Source of the DNA: an uncultured Gemmatimonadales bacterium
Lineage (GTDB): Bacteria; Gemmatimonadota; Gemmatimonadetes; Gemmatimonadales; GWC2-71-9
Reading direction: 5' to 3'
DNA: 64,000 nucleotides
Assembly (NCBI GenBank): GCA_963828735.1
Contig: CAWHFW010000003.1
Coordinates: 192,001 to 256,000 of the forward strand
Part shown: piece by piece, positions 52,584 to 64,000 of the stretch
Numbering within the stretch: position 1 is the stretch's first letter
Layout: the number at the start of each line of letters is the position of its first letter
The notes under the pieces: model-generated
What the model saw: only the letters and a program-made list of their open reading frames with translations
Databases searched by the model: none
What the model was told of the DNA's origin: nothing
Made by a program: the position numbers and the translations under genes

Positions 52584-53186
52584 TCACGGCGCCGGCGGCT
52601 CCGTCGTGATCTCACCGCCGGTCACGACCGGGTGCATGACCCACCCGCTTGCCTCATGCCCGAAGCTCTGGCTCACGTCGAAATCCACCAGCACGATCTT
52701 CTCCGGTCCGGTGAGCTCCAGCGCGTTGCCGGCCATGGTCACCTTGAGCCCCGACTGCGCGAAGCTCGGCGCCTGCAGCGCGCCGGTGGCCTCGCCGCCG
52801 CACTGAGTGGCGTCATAGCCGTCGGTCGCGTACACGTCACTTCCGCCGGTGCCATTCTCCACCGCGAGACACGCCCCGGTGATCTTGAAGCGAAGCTGCT
52901 CATAGCTGCCGGAGGGGACCTCGATGCCCTGCACCAGAGTCGTGGCGTCGGCCGCGAGCGTGAGCAGGTCCACGGTGGTCGGCGTCTGGGTGAGGACCTG
53001 CACCCCGCCCGAGCCCACCAGGTCCACTTCGCTGATCGTCACCACGGCGTGCTGCACGTCACCCGGGGCGTCCTTGAGCATGACCGAGAACGACGTAGTG
53101 GCGTTGGGGGCCTGGCCGTCACAGGCCGCGAACGCCGCAAGTGCGAGGACGAGTGCGGCCTGGCGCGGGGCGGAGAGGGTGCGCAT
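52584..53186 (-). CDS. DUF4382-like lipoprotein (right-arm copy)
   Basis: Same protein as 45182-45784. Confidence 0.8.
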   Translation of the reverse strand: MRTLSAPRQAALVLALAAFAACDGQAPNATTSFSVMLKDAPGDVQHAVVTISEVDLVGSGGVQVLTQTPTTVDLLTLAADATTLVQGIEVPSGSYEQLRFKITGACLAVENGTGGSDVYATDGYDATQCGGEATGALQAPSFAQSGLKVTMAGNALELTGPEKIVLVDFDVSQSFGHEASGWVMHPVVTGGEITTEPPAP

Positions 53187-53501
53187 GGCATCTCCGAAGG
53201 AAAGATTGCTTGGCTGGTGGGTCAGCTTGTCCATCGCAGAGAAGTCTGCAAGGTTCGGTCCCGTGCGCAGACCGTGTGCGGATCGTTGCATGCGCGGGGC
53301 TATCGGCAGTCGCCGCGCTGTCTTGACGGATGGGACGCGACGCTCGCCCTGGAACCGACCGCCTGGGTGTTCTGGCCGTTCGCCACCTGAGAGGGAATGT
53401 GCCAGGCCGGCCGATGTTCCCCCTCATTCCTACTGGCTTCGGAGCTCCCCCGACTCAACCCGACCCTTGGCCGCGCCGCGCCCCGCGCCTAGCTTGGCCA
53501 G

Positions 53502-55401
53502 GTGCCCTCCACGTATCGCGAGGTCTACGCGCGCTGGCAGGCCGCCCCCGAGTCCTTCTGGGCCGAGGCGGCAGAGGCCGTGCACTGGTACCGCCGCTGG
53601 GACGCGGTCCTCGACGACTCCCGCGCGCCCCTCTACCGCTGGTTCCCCGGCGCTGAGACCAACACCTGCTACAACGCCCTCGACCGCCACGTCGAGTCCG
53701 GCCGTGCCGACCAGCTCGCCCTGATCTACGACAGCCCGGTCACCTCCACGGTTCGGACCTACACGTTCCGCGAGCTGCGCGACGAGGTCGCCCGGTTCGC
53801 GGGCGTGCTGGCCGGAAAGGGCGTGGGCCGCGGCGACAGAGTCGTGATCTACATGCCGATGGTCCCCGAGGCCGTGATCGGGATGCTGGCCTGCGCCCGC
53901 ATCGGCGCGATTCACTCGGTGGTGTTCGGCGGGTTCGCGTCGCCCGAGCTGGCCAGCCGGATCACCGATGCCCGGCCCAAGGTGATCCTGAGCGCCTCCT
54001 GCGGCATCGAGATCGGCCGGGTGGTGCCGTACAAGCCGCTGCTCGACCGGGCGATCGAGCTGGCCGACGCCAAGCCCGAGTGCTGCATCGTGCTCCAGCG
54101 TCCCCAAGGCGAGGCGACGATGGTGCCGGGGCGGGACCACGACTGGCGCGAGCTCGCGGCCGGCGCCAGTCCGGTGGACTGCGTCCCGGTTCTCGCCACC
54201 GATCCGCTCTACATCCTCTACACCTCCGGCACGACCGGGCAGCCGAAGGGCATCGTGCGCGACAACGGCGGCCACCTGGTCGCGCTCACCTGGAGCATGA
54301 GCAACATCTACGGGGTCGAGCCGGGCGAGGTGTACTGGGCCGCGTCGGACCTGGGGTGGACCGTCGGCCACTCGTACATCGTCTACGCCCCGCTGTTCCA
54401 CGGCAACACGACGGTGCTCTATGAGGGGAAGCCGGTCGGCACGCCGGACGCGGGCGCGTTCTGGCGCGTCATCGCGCAGCACGGAGTCGGCGTCTTCTTC
54501 ACCGCGCCGACCGCGTTCCGCGCCATCAAGCGCGACGATCCCGACGGCGAGCACATCCGCCGCTACGATCTCTCACGCTTCCGCACGCTCTTCCTGGCCG
54601 GCGAGCGCTGCGACCCGCCGACGCTCGAGTGGGCCGAGCGGCAGCTCGGCGTTCCGGTGATCGACCACTGGTGGCAGACCGAGACCGGCTGGCCGGTCGG
54701 CTGCAACTGCGCCGGGCTGGGGCTGCTGCCGGTCAAGCCGGGCTCGTGCTCGGTACCGGTGCCGGGTTGGGACGTGCGGGTGCTGGACGACGAGGGCAGG
54801 GAGACGGCGCCCGAGCCAATCGGGCAACGTCGTCATGAAGCTCCCGCTTCCCCCGGGCGCCACGCCGACGCTCTGGAACAACGACCGGGGCTTCCGCGAC
54901 ACCTACCTCACCGCCTATCCCGGCTACTACCTGACGGCCGACGCGGGCTACAAGGACGAGGACGACTATCTCTGGATCATGAGCCGCACCGACGACGTGA
55001 TCAACGTCGCGGGTCACCGGCTCAGCACCGGCCAGATGGAGGAGGTGCTGGCGGCGCACCCGGACGTCGCGGAGTGCGCGGTCGTGGGCGTCAGCGACGC
55101 GCTCAAGGGCGAGGTGCCCCTCGGCCTGGTGGTGCTCAAGCACGGGGCGGTACGGGATCGGGTGGAGCTGGTGGGGGAGCTGGTGGAGCTGGTGCGGCAG
55201 CGGATCGGGCCGGTGGCGTCGTTCAAGACGGCGACGGTGGTGAAGCGGCTGCCCAAGACGCGGTCGGGGAAGATCGTGCGGGGGACGGTGAAGAAGATCG
55301 CGGACGGGGTGGCGTGGACGGTGCCGGCGACCATCGATGATCCGGCGAGCCTGGAAGAGATCTCGGCGGATCTCGCGGCGATCGGCTATCCGCGCGCGTA
55401 G
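53502..55401 (+). CDS. prpE: propionyl-CoA synthetase, right-arm copy with frameshift ~54810
   Basis: Same motifs as the left copy; frameshift at a different site. Confidence 0.88.
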
Positions 55402-55761
55402 GCATCCGGCGTGTCGGGGCAGGGCGCGGGGGCGACGGGATAGCTCCCTTCGGGCGCTGCAGTCGCCGCCACGCAGGCGTTGGGCTGCTACCAGAGGCTG
55501 AGGTAGTGGCGTCGACTGACGCGCCCTGCGGGAGCCATCCCGTCGCCCCCGCGCCCCGAGCATTCCGGAATGCGCGGACGCGCGCCGCTTAGCATCGGAG
55601 CTTCGCGCGAGCGACGGCGGCGGCAGGCCCAGAGGGGCGCGTCAGTCGACGGCACGACCTCCGCCCTTAGTAGCAACCCCACGCGTACGTGCCGGCGACT
55701 GCAGCGCCCCGGCGGGCCTGCCGCCGCCGTCGCTCGCCGGCGCCGGTGCCGACCTGCGCGC

Positions 55762-56352
55762 TCACTTCACCTCGATCTTATTCACGATATCCACGAATCC
55801 CCCCGGCCCGAGTTGGCTGTGGACCGCCACGAGCACGTGGAGCCGCGTGCCCGCCTGGTCTGTCACCTGGCCACGGATCCGGAACCCGGATGTCCCCTGG
55901 CCGATGCCCCTGAAGAGGTTGGCGGAGCCGTCGGTGTAGGTCCCGGTTCCCTCGGCGACTGGCGAGCCGTCGCAGATATCCTCCGTGCCGGCCGGGAAGA
56001 GGAGCAGGGGAACCTTGCCCGCCGACTTGAACAGCGTCTGCGCCCCGCCGTGCGGCTGCTCGACGAAGTGAGTTTTCAAACCGCCCAGCTCCGGGTCGCC
56101 GCCGCTGCAGAATTCCACGACGTCGCTCGAGCTCAGGCCGATCGCGACGAAGTAGGGCGCGCCGGGCTTGGTGAAGGTGGAAAAGAACTGCGCGTCCGAG
56201 CGGCTGACCTGTGCCCCGGGGCCGGGCGGGCTGTGCTCGGTGCGGAAGGACGGGGCGGAGCCGGTCTCGGGCGCCACGGGCGAGCTATCAGAGCAGGCGG
56301 CAACGGCCAGGCCGGCCGCCAGGAGGGTTGCGACGGGGCGTGCACGAAACAT
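55762..56352 (-). CDS. hypothetical lipoprotein (intact right-arm copy)
   Basis: 196-aa ORF, lipobox VAAC, GAGGAG RBS. Confidence 0.78.
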   Translation of the reverse strand: MFRARPVATLLAAGLAVAACSDSSPVAPETGSAPSFRTEHSPPGPGAQVSRSDAQFFSTFTKPGAPYFVAIGLSSSDVVEFCSGGDPELGGLKTHFVEQPHGGAQTLFKSAGKVPLLLFPAGTEDICDGSPVAEGTGTYTDGSANLFRGIGQGTSGFRIRGQVTDQAGTRLHVLVAVHSQLGPGGFVDIVNKIEVK

Positions 56353-56534
56353 TGGAACTCCTCACCGGGGGGATGGAAGGGTGGTGCGGTGGCGCTTCCA
56401 GTATGTTTTTTGGTCCGTCGCGGTGTCAATCGACCTTTCGTGCTACTCCACTTTCAGATGTCCAGGCCCGCTGCGACTCTGGCGCGCTAACCGCGCGCAC
56501 CTTACCCTGCGGCATCCCTCATCACGACGATACC

Positions 56535-57863
56535 ATGGCCACCATCCCCCAAATCATCCCGCCCGGCGTGATCACGCAGGAGTTCCACACTCCGCGTGCC
56601 GTCCGCCGCGGCGTCATCGCAGGTGTAGCTGGCAACGTGCTCGAGTGGTACGACTTCGCCCTCTTCGGCTTCTTCGCCAGGCAAATTGGCGCTCACTTCT
56701 TCCCGGCCCACAACCCCACCGCCTCGCTCCTCGCCGCCTTCGGCACCTTCGCGGCCGGCTTCATCATGCGGCCGGTGGGCGGGGCCTTGTTCGGCTGGGT
56801 AGGCGACAAGTTCGGACGTAAGCAGGCGCTGCTCTGGTCCGTGATGGCGATGGCGTTCCCCTCCTTCTTGATCGGCGTATTGCCGAGCACTGAGACGATC
56901 GGGATCGCCGCGCCGATCCTCCTGCTCGGGTTCCGGCTGTTGCAGGGCCTCGCGGTCGGCGGCGAATACGGCGCCTCGACGGTGTTCCTGGTCGAGGGGT
57001 CGGAGCCGGGACGGCGCGGGTGGATGGGCAGCTGGGGGCCGGTCGGTGCGTTCGCGGGCACGCTGCTCGGCTCCGCGGCCGGCGCGATCGTGAATACGGT
57101 GATGACACCCGACGCGGTGATGGCGTACGGCTGGCGCATCCCCTTCATCCTGGGCATCTGCGTGGGCCTGGGCGGGATCGCCATCCGGCGCTACTACATC
57201 GAGCGGGTACCCCACCAGGCTCCGTCCCGGTCGCCGCTGGCCGAGGCGCTCCACTCCCATTGGCTGACCACCTTGCACCTCGTGGCGCTGGTGGCCGGCC
57301 TGGCCGTCGGGTTCTACATGACGTTCGTGTACGCGGCGACCTGGCTCGCGCAGGTGGCCCAGGTGCCGGCGCGCACCGCGCTGGGGATCAACACACTCGC
57401 GATGGCGTTGTCGCTCGTTGCCTCGCTGGCGGCGGGCGCGCTGAGCGACCGAATTGGCCGGCGACCAGTGCTGGTTGCGTGGGGTGCCGCGATGGCGCTC
57501 CTGTCCTACCCGTTGATGTCGCTCATGACCCGAGGGGAGACAGGCAGCATCATCGTGGGGCAGGTGAGCCTCGCCCTGCTGGTCGCCGCCGGCAGCGGCG
57601 CCCTGCCTGCCACCATGGCCGAGCTGGCGCCGTGGCGGGTGCGTTGCACCGTGGTGTCGGTGGCGCACAACCTCGGGATGGCGCTGCTCGGCGGCACCAC
57701 GCCGCTCATCGGGGCGTGGCTCCTCGCCCGGACGGGTAAGCCCCTCGCGCCGGCGGTGTACCTGTCCGCGGCGGGCGTGGTGAGCTTCGTGGCGGCGCTC
57801 CTGCTGCCCCGTACCGCGCGGCACCGGCTCACCCACGAGTTCGAGGCGGCGCGGCCGCGCTGA
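56535..57863 (+). CDS. MFS transporter (MHS/ProP-like), intact right-arm copy
   Basis: GNVLEWYDF, GDKFGRK, RLLQGLAVGGEYG, SDRIGRRPV. Confidence 0.92.
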   Translation: MATIPQIIPPGVITQEFHTPRAVRRGVIAGVAGNVLEWYDFALFGFFARQIGAHFFPAHNPTASLLAAFGTFAAGFIMRPVGGALFGWVGDKFGRKQALLWSVMAMAFPSFLIGVLPSTETIGIAAPILLLGFRLLQGLAVGGEYGASTVFLVEGSEPGRRGWMGSWGPVGAFAGTLLGSAAGAIVNTVMTPDAVMAYGWRIPFILGICVGLGGIAIRRYYIERVPHQAPSRSPLAEALHSHWLTTLHLVALVAGLAVGFYMTFVYAATWLAQVAQVPARTALGINTLAMALSLVASLAAGALSDRIGRRPVLVAWGAAMALLSYPLMSLMTRGETGSIIVGQVSLALLVAAGSGALPATMAELAPWRVRCTVVSVAHNLGMALLGGTTPLIGAWLLARTGKPLAPAVYLSAAGVVSFVAALLLPRTARHRLTHEFEAARPR

Positions 57864-57943
57864 GGCTACGCGCGGTTGTGACGCGCCGTATTCGTCGTGC
57901 CGCCGCCACTACTGATATGGTGCGGCTCGGGGCTGCCGACAGG

Positions 57944-58477
57944 TCAGGGGTAAGTCTTGACGCCGACTCCGGCGGGTTTCGATCGGTTCGGTACCGAGAA
58001 TCGCACGTGAGCCCAGATGAAGTAGCCCGCGTCGTTCCACGACCGTATCTCGGTGATTGTCACTTGGCTTCGGGGCCGGAGCACGTCCTCGATTGTGTCG
58101 TAGCCAGGCTCGTAGAACCGGTTGCGACGCACGTTGACCTGAGCATTCGCGGAAACTGTCTTTCCTTCCAGACTCGCGGGCTTTGTTTGAGCCCCAAACG
58201 AGAAATACCGTCTCGACCACGTGGTTGAGGCGCTATCGTACGCCCCTAGATAGACCCAGCCTTCCTTCAGCGTCGACGGAGGACTGTTCGCGCGTGGGGT
58301 CTGAGCTTGAACGGCTGCCCCACCTGCTTTCTGTGAATCCACATGAGCTTGAACCGTGTCGATTGCAGCGGCAAGTGTTCGTAGTCGTGCTCGAACGTCA
58401 GCCTCCTCCTTCCTCAATGAATCGACGCTCACTGATTTCAACACGATCGTGTCGTTCAACGCGGCGACTCTTGCCGA
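57944..58477 (-). pseudogene. 5'-truncated mirror copy of the 39757-40421 gene
   Basis: Identical from [10 protein letters not shown] onward; cut at the junction. Confidence 0.8.
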
Positions 58478-59101
58478 GTGGCCAACCGGCTGCCGGGTGC
58501 ACTGAGCTCGGTGATGTTGTCGAACAAGTTGTTCTGGGCCTCCGGCGGGAGGTATATGAGCAGGCCCTCGGCGATCCACGCGGTCGGCTGGCCGGCGCCG
58601 AAACCGCGCGGCAGCAACGCGGTCGGCCAGTCTTCACGCAGGTCGATGGCGATCGGGCGGCGCTCTGCGCTGGGTACCGCGCCCAGGTCGGTGAGCGTGC
58701 GGGTCTTGAACTCGATCACGTCCGGCTGGTCGACTTCGTAGACCGTTGCACGGCAGGCCAGGGCAGCCGGTAGGCGCGAGCATCCAGACCCGAGGCCAGG
58801 ATGACGAATCGCCGCACGCCTGCGGCGGGGGCCTCGGTGACCAATTTGTCGAACAAGCGGGTGCGCGCGGCCATGCCGTCGGCCAGCGTACGCGTTGTCG
58901 GGAACCACGTCACCGGATTCACCGCGGACGTTGCGGATGAAGGTTTCCACGCCGACCGCCGCACCAGCGGTTCGGCGTACGGGTCGTTCACTCCCTCCGT
59001 GCCGGACCGGGTCGCCAGCGCCCGTTGCACGGCCACCATCGTCGCGGTCACGCCCACGCTCGAGGCCAGGTCCCAGGTGTCGTTGTCGAGTTTAGTGCCA
59101 T
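58478..59101 (-). pseudogene. mycobacterial-type SAM-dependent methyltransferase (LCM-like), frameshifted and cut at the junction
   Basis: [59 protein letters not shown]. Confidence 0.8.
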
Positions 59102-59106
59102 GGTGT

Positions 59107-60006
<900 letters not shown>

Positions 60007-60010
<4 letters not shown>

Positions 60011-60972
60011 CGGTGCTCGCCGTTCTTGCCGGTGCCGGTCAAGGTGCCGCTGATGTATCTGAGGTCGGCGAATCCACCCATCTCGTCGTCGTCGATCGGC
60101 GGCAGACCGTGGGCGGCGAACAATTCCCTGACGCTGGCACCGCTGATCTGCCAGCCGTGCTCGGCGAGGTAGCCCCGCCGCTTCGTTGCGGTCACCGAAG
60201 TAGACCAGTTCCGCGAGGTCGAGGTGGAAGCCATGGTCGCGCCACGTTCGGCGACGCCTTGCATGCGTTCCCTCATCCGCTCCTCGTCGGCCGGACCGGA
60301 CATCGGCGCACTTTCGGTGGCGAAACGGCTGCCCGGTGCGCTGAGTGCGGTGATGGTGTCGAGCAGGCGGTCCTGGGCTTCCGGCGGGAGATAGCCGAGC
60401 AGGCCCTCGGCGCTCCACGCGGTCGGGCGGCTCGGGTCGAAGCGCGCCGCTGTCAGCGCCGTCGGCCAGTCGTGACGCAGGTCGATCGCCACGGCGCGCC
60501 GCTGGGCGGTGGGCTCGGCGCCGAGGTCGGCCAGTGTCCGGGTCTTGAACTCGATGACGTCGGGCTGGTCGATCTCGTAGACGGTCGTCCCCGCGGGCCA
60601 TGGCAGCCGGTAGGCGCGTGAATCCAGCCCGGACGCCAGAATCACGGCCTGCCTGATCCCCGCGGCCGTTGCGTCGAGGAAGAACTCATCGAAGAACATG
60701 GTCCGGATCGCCATGTTGTCGGTCATGCGCTGCATGCCCATCCCAGCGTCGCCATCGAGGTCGTCGGCCGTCAACTCACCGCCAGCCAGCCGGGACAACA
60801 GGTCGACACCGACCGCGCGCACCAGTGGCAGCGCGAAAGGGTCCTTGATCAGTGGGTGCTTGGCCCTGCTTGCCATCGCGCGCGAAGCGGCCACCATCGT
60901 CGCCGTCGCTCCCACGCTGGAAGCCAGATCCCAGGTATCTCCCTCGTACCTGACTGAGTTCGTTCGCGCCAT
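60007..60972 (-). CDS. mycobacterial-type SAM-dependent methyltransferase
   Basis: [67 protein letters not shown]. Confidence 0.9.
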
Positions 60973-61007
60973 CTGTACCCCTGTTCGACGTCGTGCTTTG
61001 CTCCATT

Positions 61008-61172
61008 ATGGTGACCCAGGCGAGCGAGACGCCGGTGGCCAACGTGGTGGACCCCAACTACACGTTCCTGTCGAAGATCCGCAAGCGGTACCTGCCCGAG
61101 CGCACGGTGTACGGCGGCGTGCACGCGCGCCTGCGCGACATGGGGCGGGCGTACCTGGCGGAGCGGGCGTAG
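61008..61172 (+). other. probable 3' fragment of an unidentified gene
   Basis: GC3-rich open frame ...TPVANVVDPNYTFLSKIRKRYLPERTVYGGVHARLRDMGRAYLAERA*, convergent with the helicase. Confidence 0.4.
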
Positions 61173-61203
61173 CCGCCGGCACCGATCTGGACCGCGGGCG
61201 GGA

Positions 61204-63197
61204 TCATGCGAGCCTCGCCAGCACGGTGAACACGTCGTCCGCATAGCGATCGAGCTTCGTGGGCCCGATCCCGGCGATCGACGAGAGCTCGGCGCGGGTT
61301 GTCGGTCGACGCCGGGCGATCTCCGTCAACGTCGTGTCGGGGAACACCACGTAGGCGGGGACGCCGTCCGAGTCGGCCCGCTCCCGTCGCCACCGCCGCA
61401 GGGCCTCGAAGGCCGGATCGCCCATGGCGGCCCGGTCCCCGCCCCTCGCCGAGCGCGCCCGCGGCACCGGCGACGCCGCGGCCTCCGTCCCGGTGATCTC
61501 GTGCACGAACGGGCTTCGCGCCACTCTGGCCCCCCGCGAGCCGAGCACGTCGACCGGCCACGTCAGGAACAGGTACCGACGGGCGCGCGTGATCCCCACG
61601 TACAGGAGCCGGCGCTCCTCGTCCTCCGGCGCACGGTTCCGGCCCGAGCGGAACGGGAACTCCCCCTCGAGCAGTCGCGGAAGGAACACCGCGTCGAACT
61701 CCAGCCCCTTGGCCCGGTGGTACGTCATGAGGTTCACGCCCCGTCCGGACGCCTCGGCGGAGAACCGGCGGGCCAACTCGGCCACGAACGCCGCCACGTC
61801 CCCGTCCGGCACCGTCCGGGAGAACTCCGACGCCAGGGCCCGAAGCCGTGCCAGGTCCGCCTGACGGGTCACCTCCTCGGCCGAGTCGAACTCCGCCCCG
61901 TCCGTCGTGCGTGAACCCCAGCGCCGTGGTGACCGACTCGACGGCGGCATCCACCGGGCCCGACGCGCCCCGCAGTCGGTGCAGCGCCGCGCGCGGCCCC
62001 GGGCGGCGCAGGAACGCCCCGTCCTTCACCTGGTAGGGAACGCCCGCGGCCGCGAACGCCTCCTCGAACGGCTCCGACCGGGCGTTGATCCGGTACAGCA
62101 CCGCCATCTCTTCGTAGGGGACGCCCTCGTCTCGGTGCAGCCGCCGGCTCGCCTCCACGACGGAGGCGACCTCCGCCGCTTCGCCGCCCACCGCCCTGAT
62201 CACCGGCTCCGGACCCGAGGGCCGGGTGGCCCGGAGCGATTTTCGGAACCCCCCGAGGCGGTCCGCCAGCCGGTTCGCCGTGGCCAGCACCTCGGGGGTG
62301 GACCGGTAGTTCCGCTCCAGGGCGATGATCCGCGCGCGGGGGAACCGATCCCGGAACCCGAGGAGGTAGGCGGGAGAGGCGCCCGTGAACCCGTAGATGG
62401 TCTGGTAATCGTCGCCGACCACGCACACCTCGTCCCGGCCGCCGAGCCACCGCTCCAGCAGCGCCTGCTGCAGGGGGTTCACGTCCTGGTACTCGTCGAC
62501 CGTGAACGCGCCGTATCGCGCACGGATCTCGGCCGCGGCGTCGGGGTGTTCGTCGAACGAGCCGCACCGCCAAGCCCAGCATGTCTTCGAAGTCGAGCCG
62601 TCGCGTGGCCGCCTTCCGTCGCTCGTAGCCCTCGTAGATCCGGAGCATCAGCTCGGCGGGGATGGGCGGCACGTGCCCCGTCGCTCCCACCTCGTCCAGG
62701 TACCGCGACGGCGGCACCATCCGGTTCTTCGCCCATTCGATCTCCGTGGCCAGGTCCCGCCGGGGCACGAAGCGGTGCGGAGGGGGAAGGGCGTTGGCCA
62801 ACGACGAGATCAATGGCCCCTTCGCGTCCAGCACGTCGCCCGGCGGAGCGCCGGTGTGCGCCGTCCACAGACGGGAGAGCTGGCCCAGCGCGGCGGCATG
62901 GAACGTGCGGGCCTCGACGCCGTCCACGCCGAGCGCCCGGAGCCGTGCTTTCAATTCCCCGGCCGCCTTCTCGGTGAACGTCACGGCCAGGATCTGGGCC
63001 GGGCGGAACTCGCCGCGGGCGACCTGGCACGCGATCCGCCGGGTGATCGTGGTGGTCTTCCCAGTTCCCGCCCCGGCCAGGATGGCCACCGGGCCACGGG
63101 TGGCCAGGGCGGCCTCCCGCTGCGCCTCGTTCAGGCCATCGAGGACGCGTTCGAGGTCCGGGGCGGTCCGGGGATCCCTGTTCGGCGCATCGGGCAC
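61204..63197 (-). CDS. uvrD2: UvrD2-like ATP-dependent DNA helicase with HRDC domain (frameshifts ~62560 and ~61900)
   Basis: [79 protein letters not shown]. Confidence 0.9.
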
Positions 63198-63257
63198 CCC
63201 GGCATTATCACCGGCCGCAGTTCTTCAATCCGAGGTGACCGAGGTGACGTCTATTCC

Positions 63258-63776
63258 CTACACGGCTCCGCGGGCAGTCCCGAGTACCTCGTCGAGCGGT
63301 CGCGGGACGTGATCGAGGTCGAGCGCCTGCACCAAGAGCGGCAGGTAGCGCTTGTACCGACTTGAAATGGACCGTAGCCAGCGGTCCAGCTGCGCATCGA
63401 GCACCCGCCCGCGTTGGGCGGGCTGTTGCTGGAACTTCCGGAAGGTCCGCAAGTCCCCCGCGTCGGCGACCACCGTTTGGACGGCCTCGACACCGAGCGC
63501 CCGGATGAGCTCCCCCTCGAGGTCGGGGGCACAGACGGAGACGTCCTGGAGCACACGCCGGAACAGGTAGGCCTCGTTCGCATCGCAGAGCCCACGGACG
63601 GCCGTACGCGGTGGCAGTTCCGAGACGAAGCGCGAGATCGCGTGAGCGCCTCCGATCGAGACGATCTCGATTCCCTCGGCCGCGAGCTCCCGGCCTCGGC
63701 GCCGGGCCAGGAGCTCGAGCACGACGCGGTCGCTGACGCCTTCCACGGCAATCACCACCGACGCCATCGATGTCAT
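63258..63776 (-). CDS. stand-alone OLD-like TOPRIM domain protein
   Basis: VIAVEGVSD, VSIGGA, GLCDANE, DLEGELIRALG, FQQQPAQR. Confidence 0.8.
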   Translation of the reverse strand: MTSMASVVIAVEGVSDRVVLELLARRRGRELAAEGIEIVSIGGAHAISRFVSELPPRTAVRGLCDANEAYLFRRVLQDVSVCAPDLEGELIRALGVEAVQTVVADAGDLRTFRKFQQQPAQRGRVLDAQLDRWLRSISSRYKRYLPLLVQALDLDHVPRPLDEVLGTARGAV

Positions 63777-63937
63777 GGCGCACAGCGTCGCACGTTGCGT
63801 GAGCGCCGCGAGGACGACTTCGTGGCCGACGTACATTCACGATTGCTGGTTCACGCAGGGCGATGTGCTGAAGGCAATCGTCGACGGCGACTCCGGGGTA
63901 CGTCGCTACGCTGCCAGTGTTCGTCCGGGCGACCCGC

Positions 63938-64000
63938 TCAGGCGGCGAGCATGGCGTCCAGCTTGGTGAACGCCTCGAGCCAGCCCTCCTCGCTGGGGGA
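63938..64000 (-). CDS. C-terminal end of a probable SRPBCC/AHSA1 protein (runs off window)
   Basis: ...SEEGWLEAFTKLDAMLAA*. Confidence 0.5.
   Translation of the reverse strand, partial: SPSEEGWLEAFTKLDAMLAA

Larger units (their letters stand above)
47971..58477. repeat. right arm of fold-back inverted duplication
   Basis: Centre ggagcaatacgt-ggccg-acgtattgctcc (loop 47966-47970); homology ends at gcggcgactcttgccga (58461-58477). Confidence 0.95.

Noticed and set aside
40502..55401. Programmed frameshifts or true pseudogenes in prpE, MFS and lipoprotein genes
   Set aside because: Each break is intact in the mirror copy, which points to sequencing indels.
61204..63776. Gabija defence system (OLD nuclease plus UvrD)
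   Set aside because: The TOPRIM protein lacks the GajA ABC-ATPase domain, and the helicase is a full-length HRDC-bearing UvrD2 type.

Overview
High-GC (~70%) bacterial sequence. Positions 1-~58,477 look like a Gemmatimonadota-type genome (inferred from TPR-tailed Ser/Thr kinases and many Ig/RCC1/PD40/DUF4382 lipoproteins). Scattered single-base indels suggest a long-read consensus. The first 30 kb is ordinary accessory content: a PAS hybrid kinase, B12-radical SAM, hydrolases, MmyB-type regulator with aldo/keto reductase, Ser/Thr kinase, FAD monooxygenase, S1/P1 nuclease, TonB, cold-shock protein, TetR, PP2C and TPR-HD-GYP. The best candidate for a new system is a compact RiPP locus at 30.9-34.3 kb. 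It has an RRE-E1-YcaO cyclodehydratase, a 69-aa NHLP-leader precursor whose only Cys is its last residue (...PQSPEGFIC*), and a convergent LanD/EpiD-like flavin Cys decarboxylase with an RRE-like N-terminus. No dehydratase, dehydrogenase, protease or transporter is visible, and the locus abuts a truncated aminopeptidase. Positions 39,889-58,477 form a fold-back inverted duplication centred near 47,968 that cuts a gene. It is followed by an abrupt join to Mycobacterium-like methyltransferase genes and then actinobacterial-type UvrD2/TOPRIM genes, so the right third is most likely an assembly chimera. No rRNA, tRNA, CRISPR array or transposase was recognised. All family assignments come from reading motifs by eye; no database searches were run.
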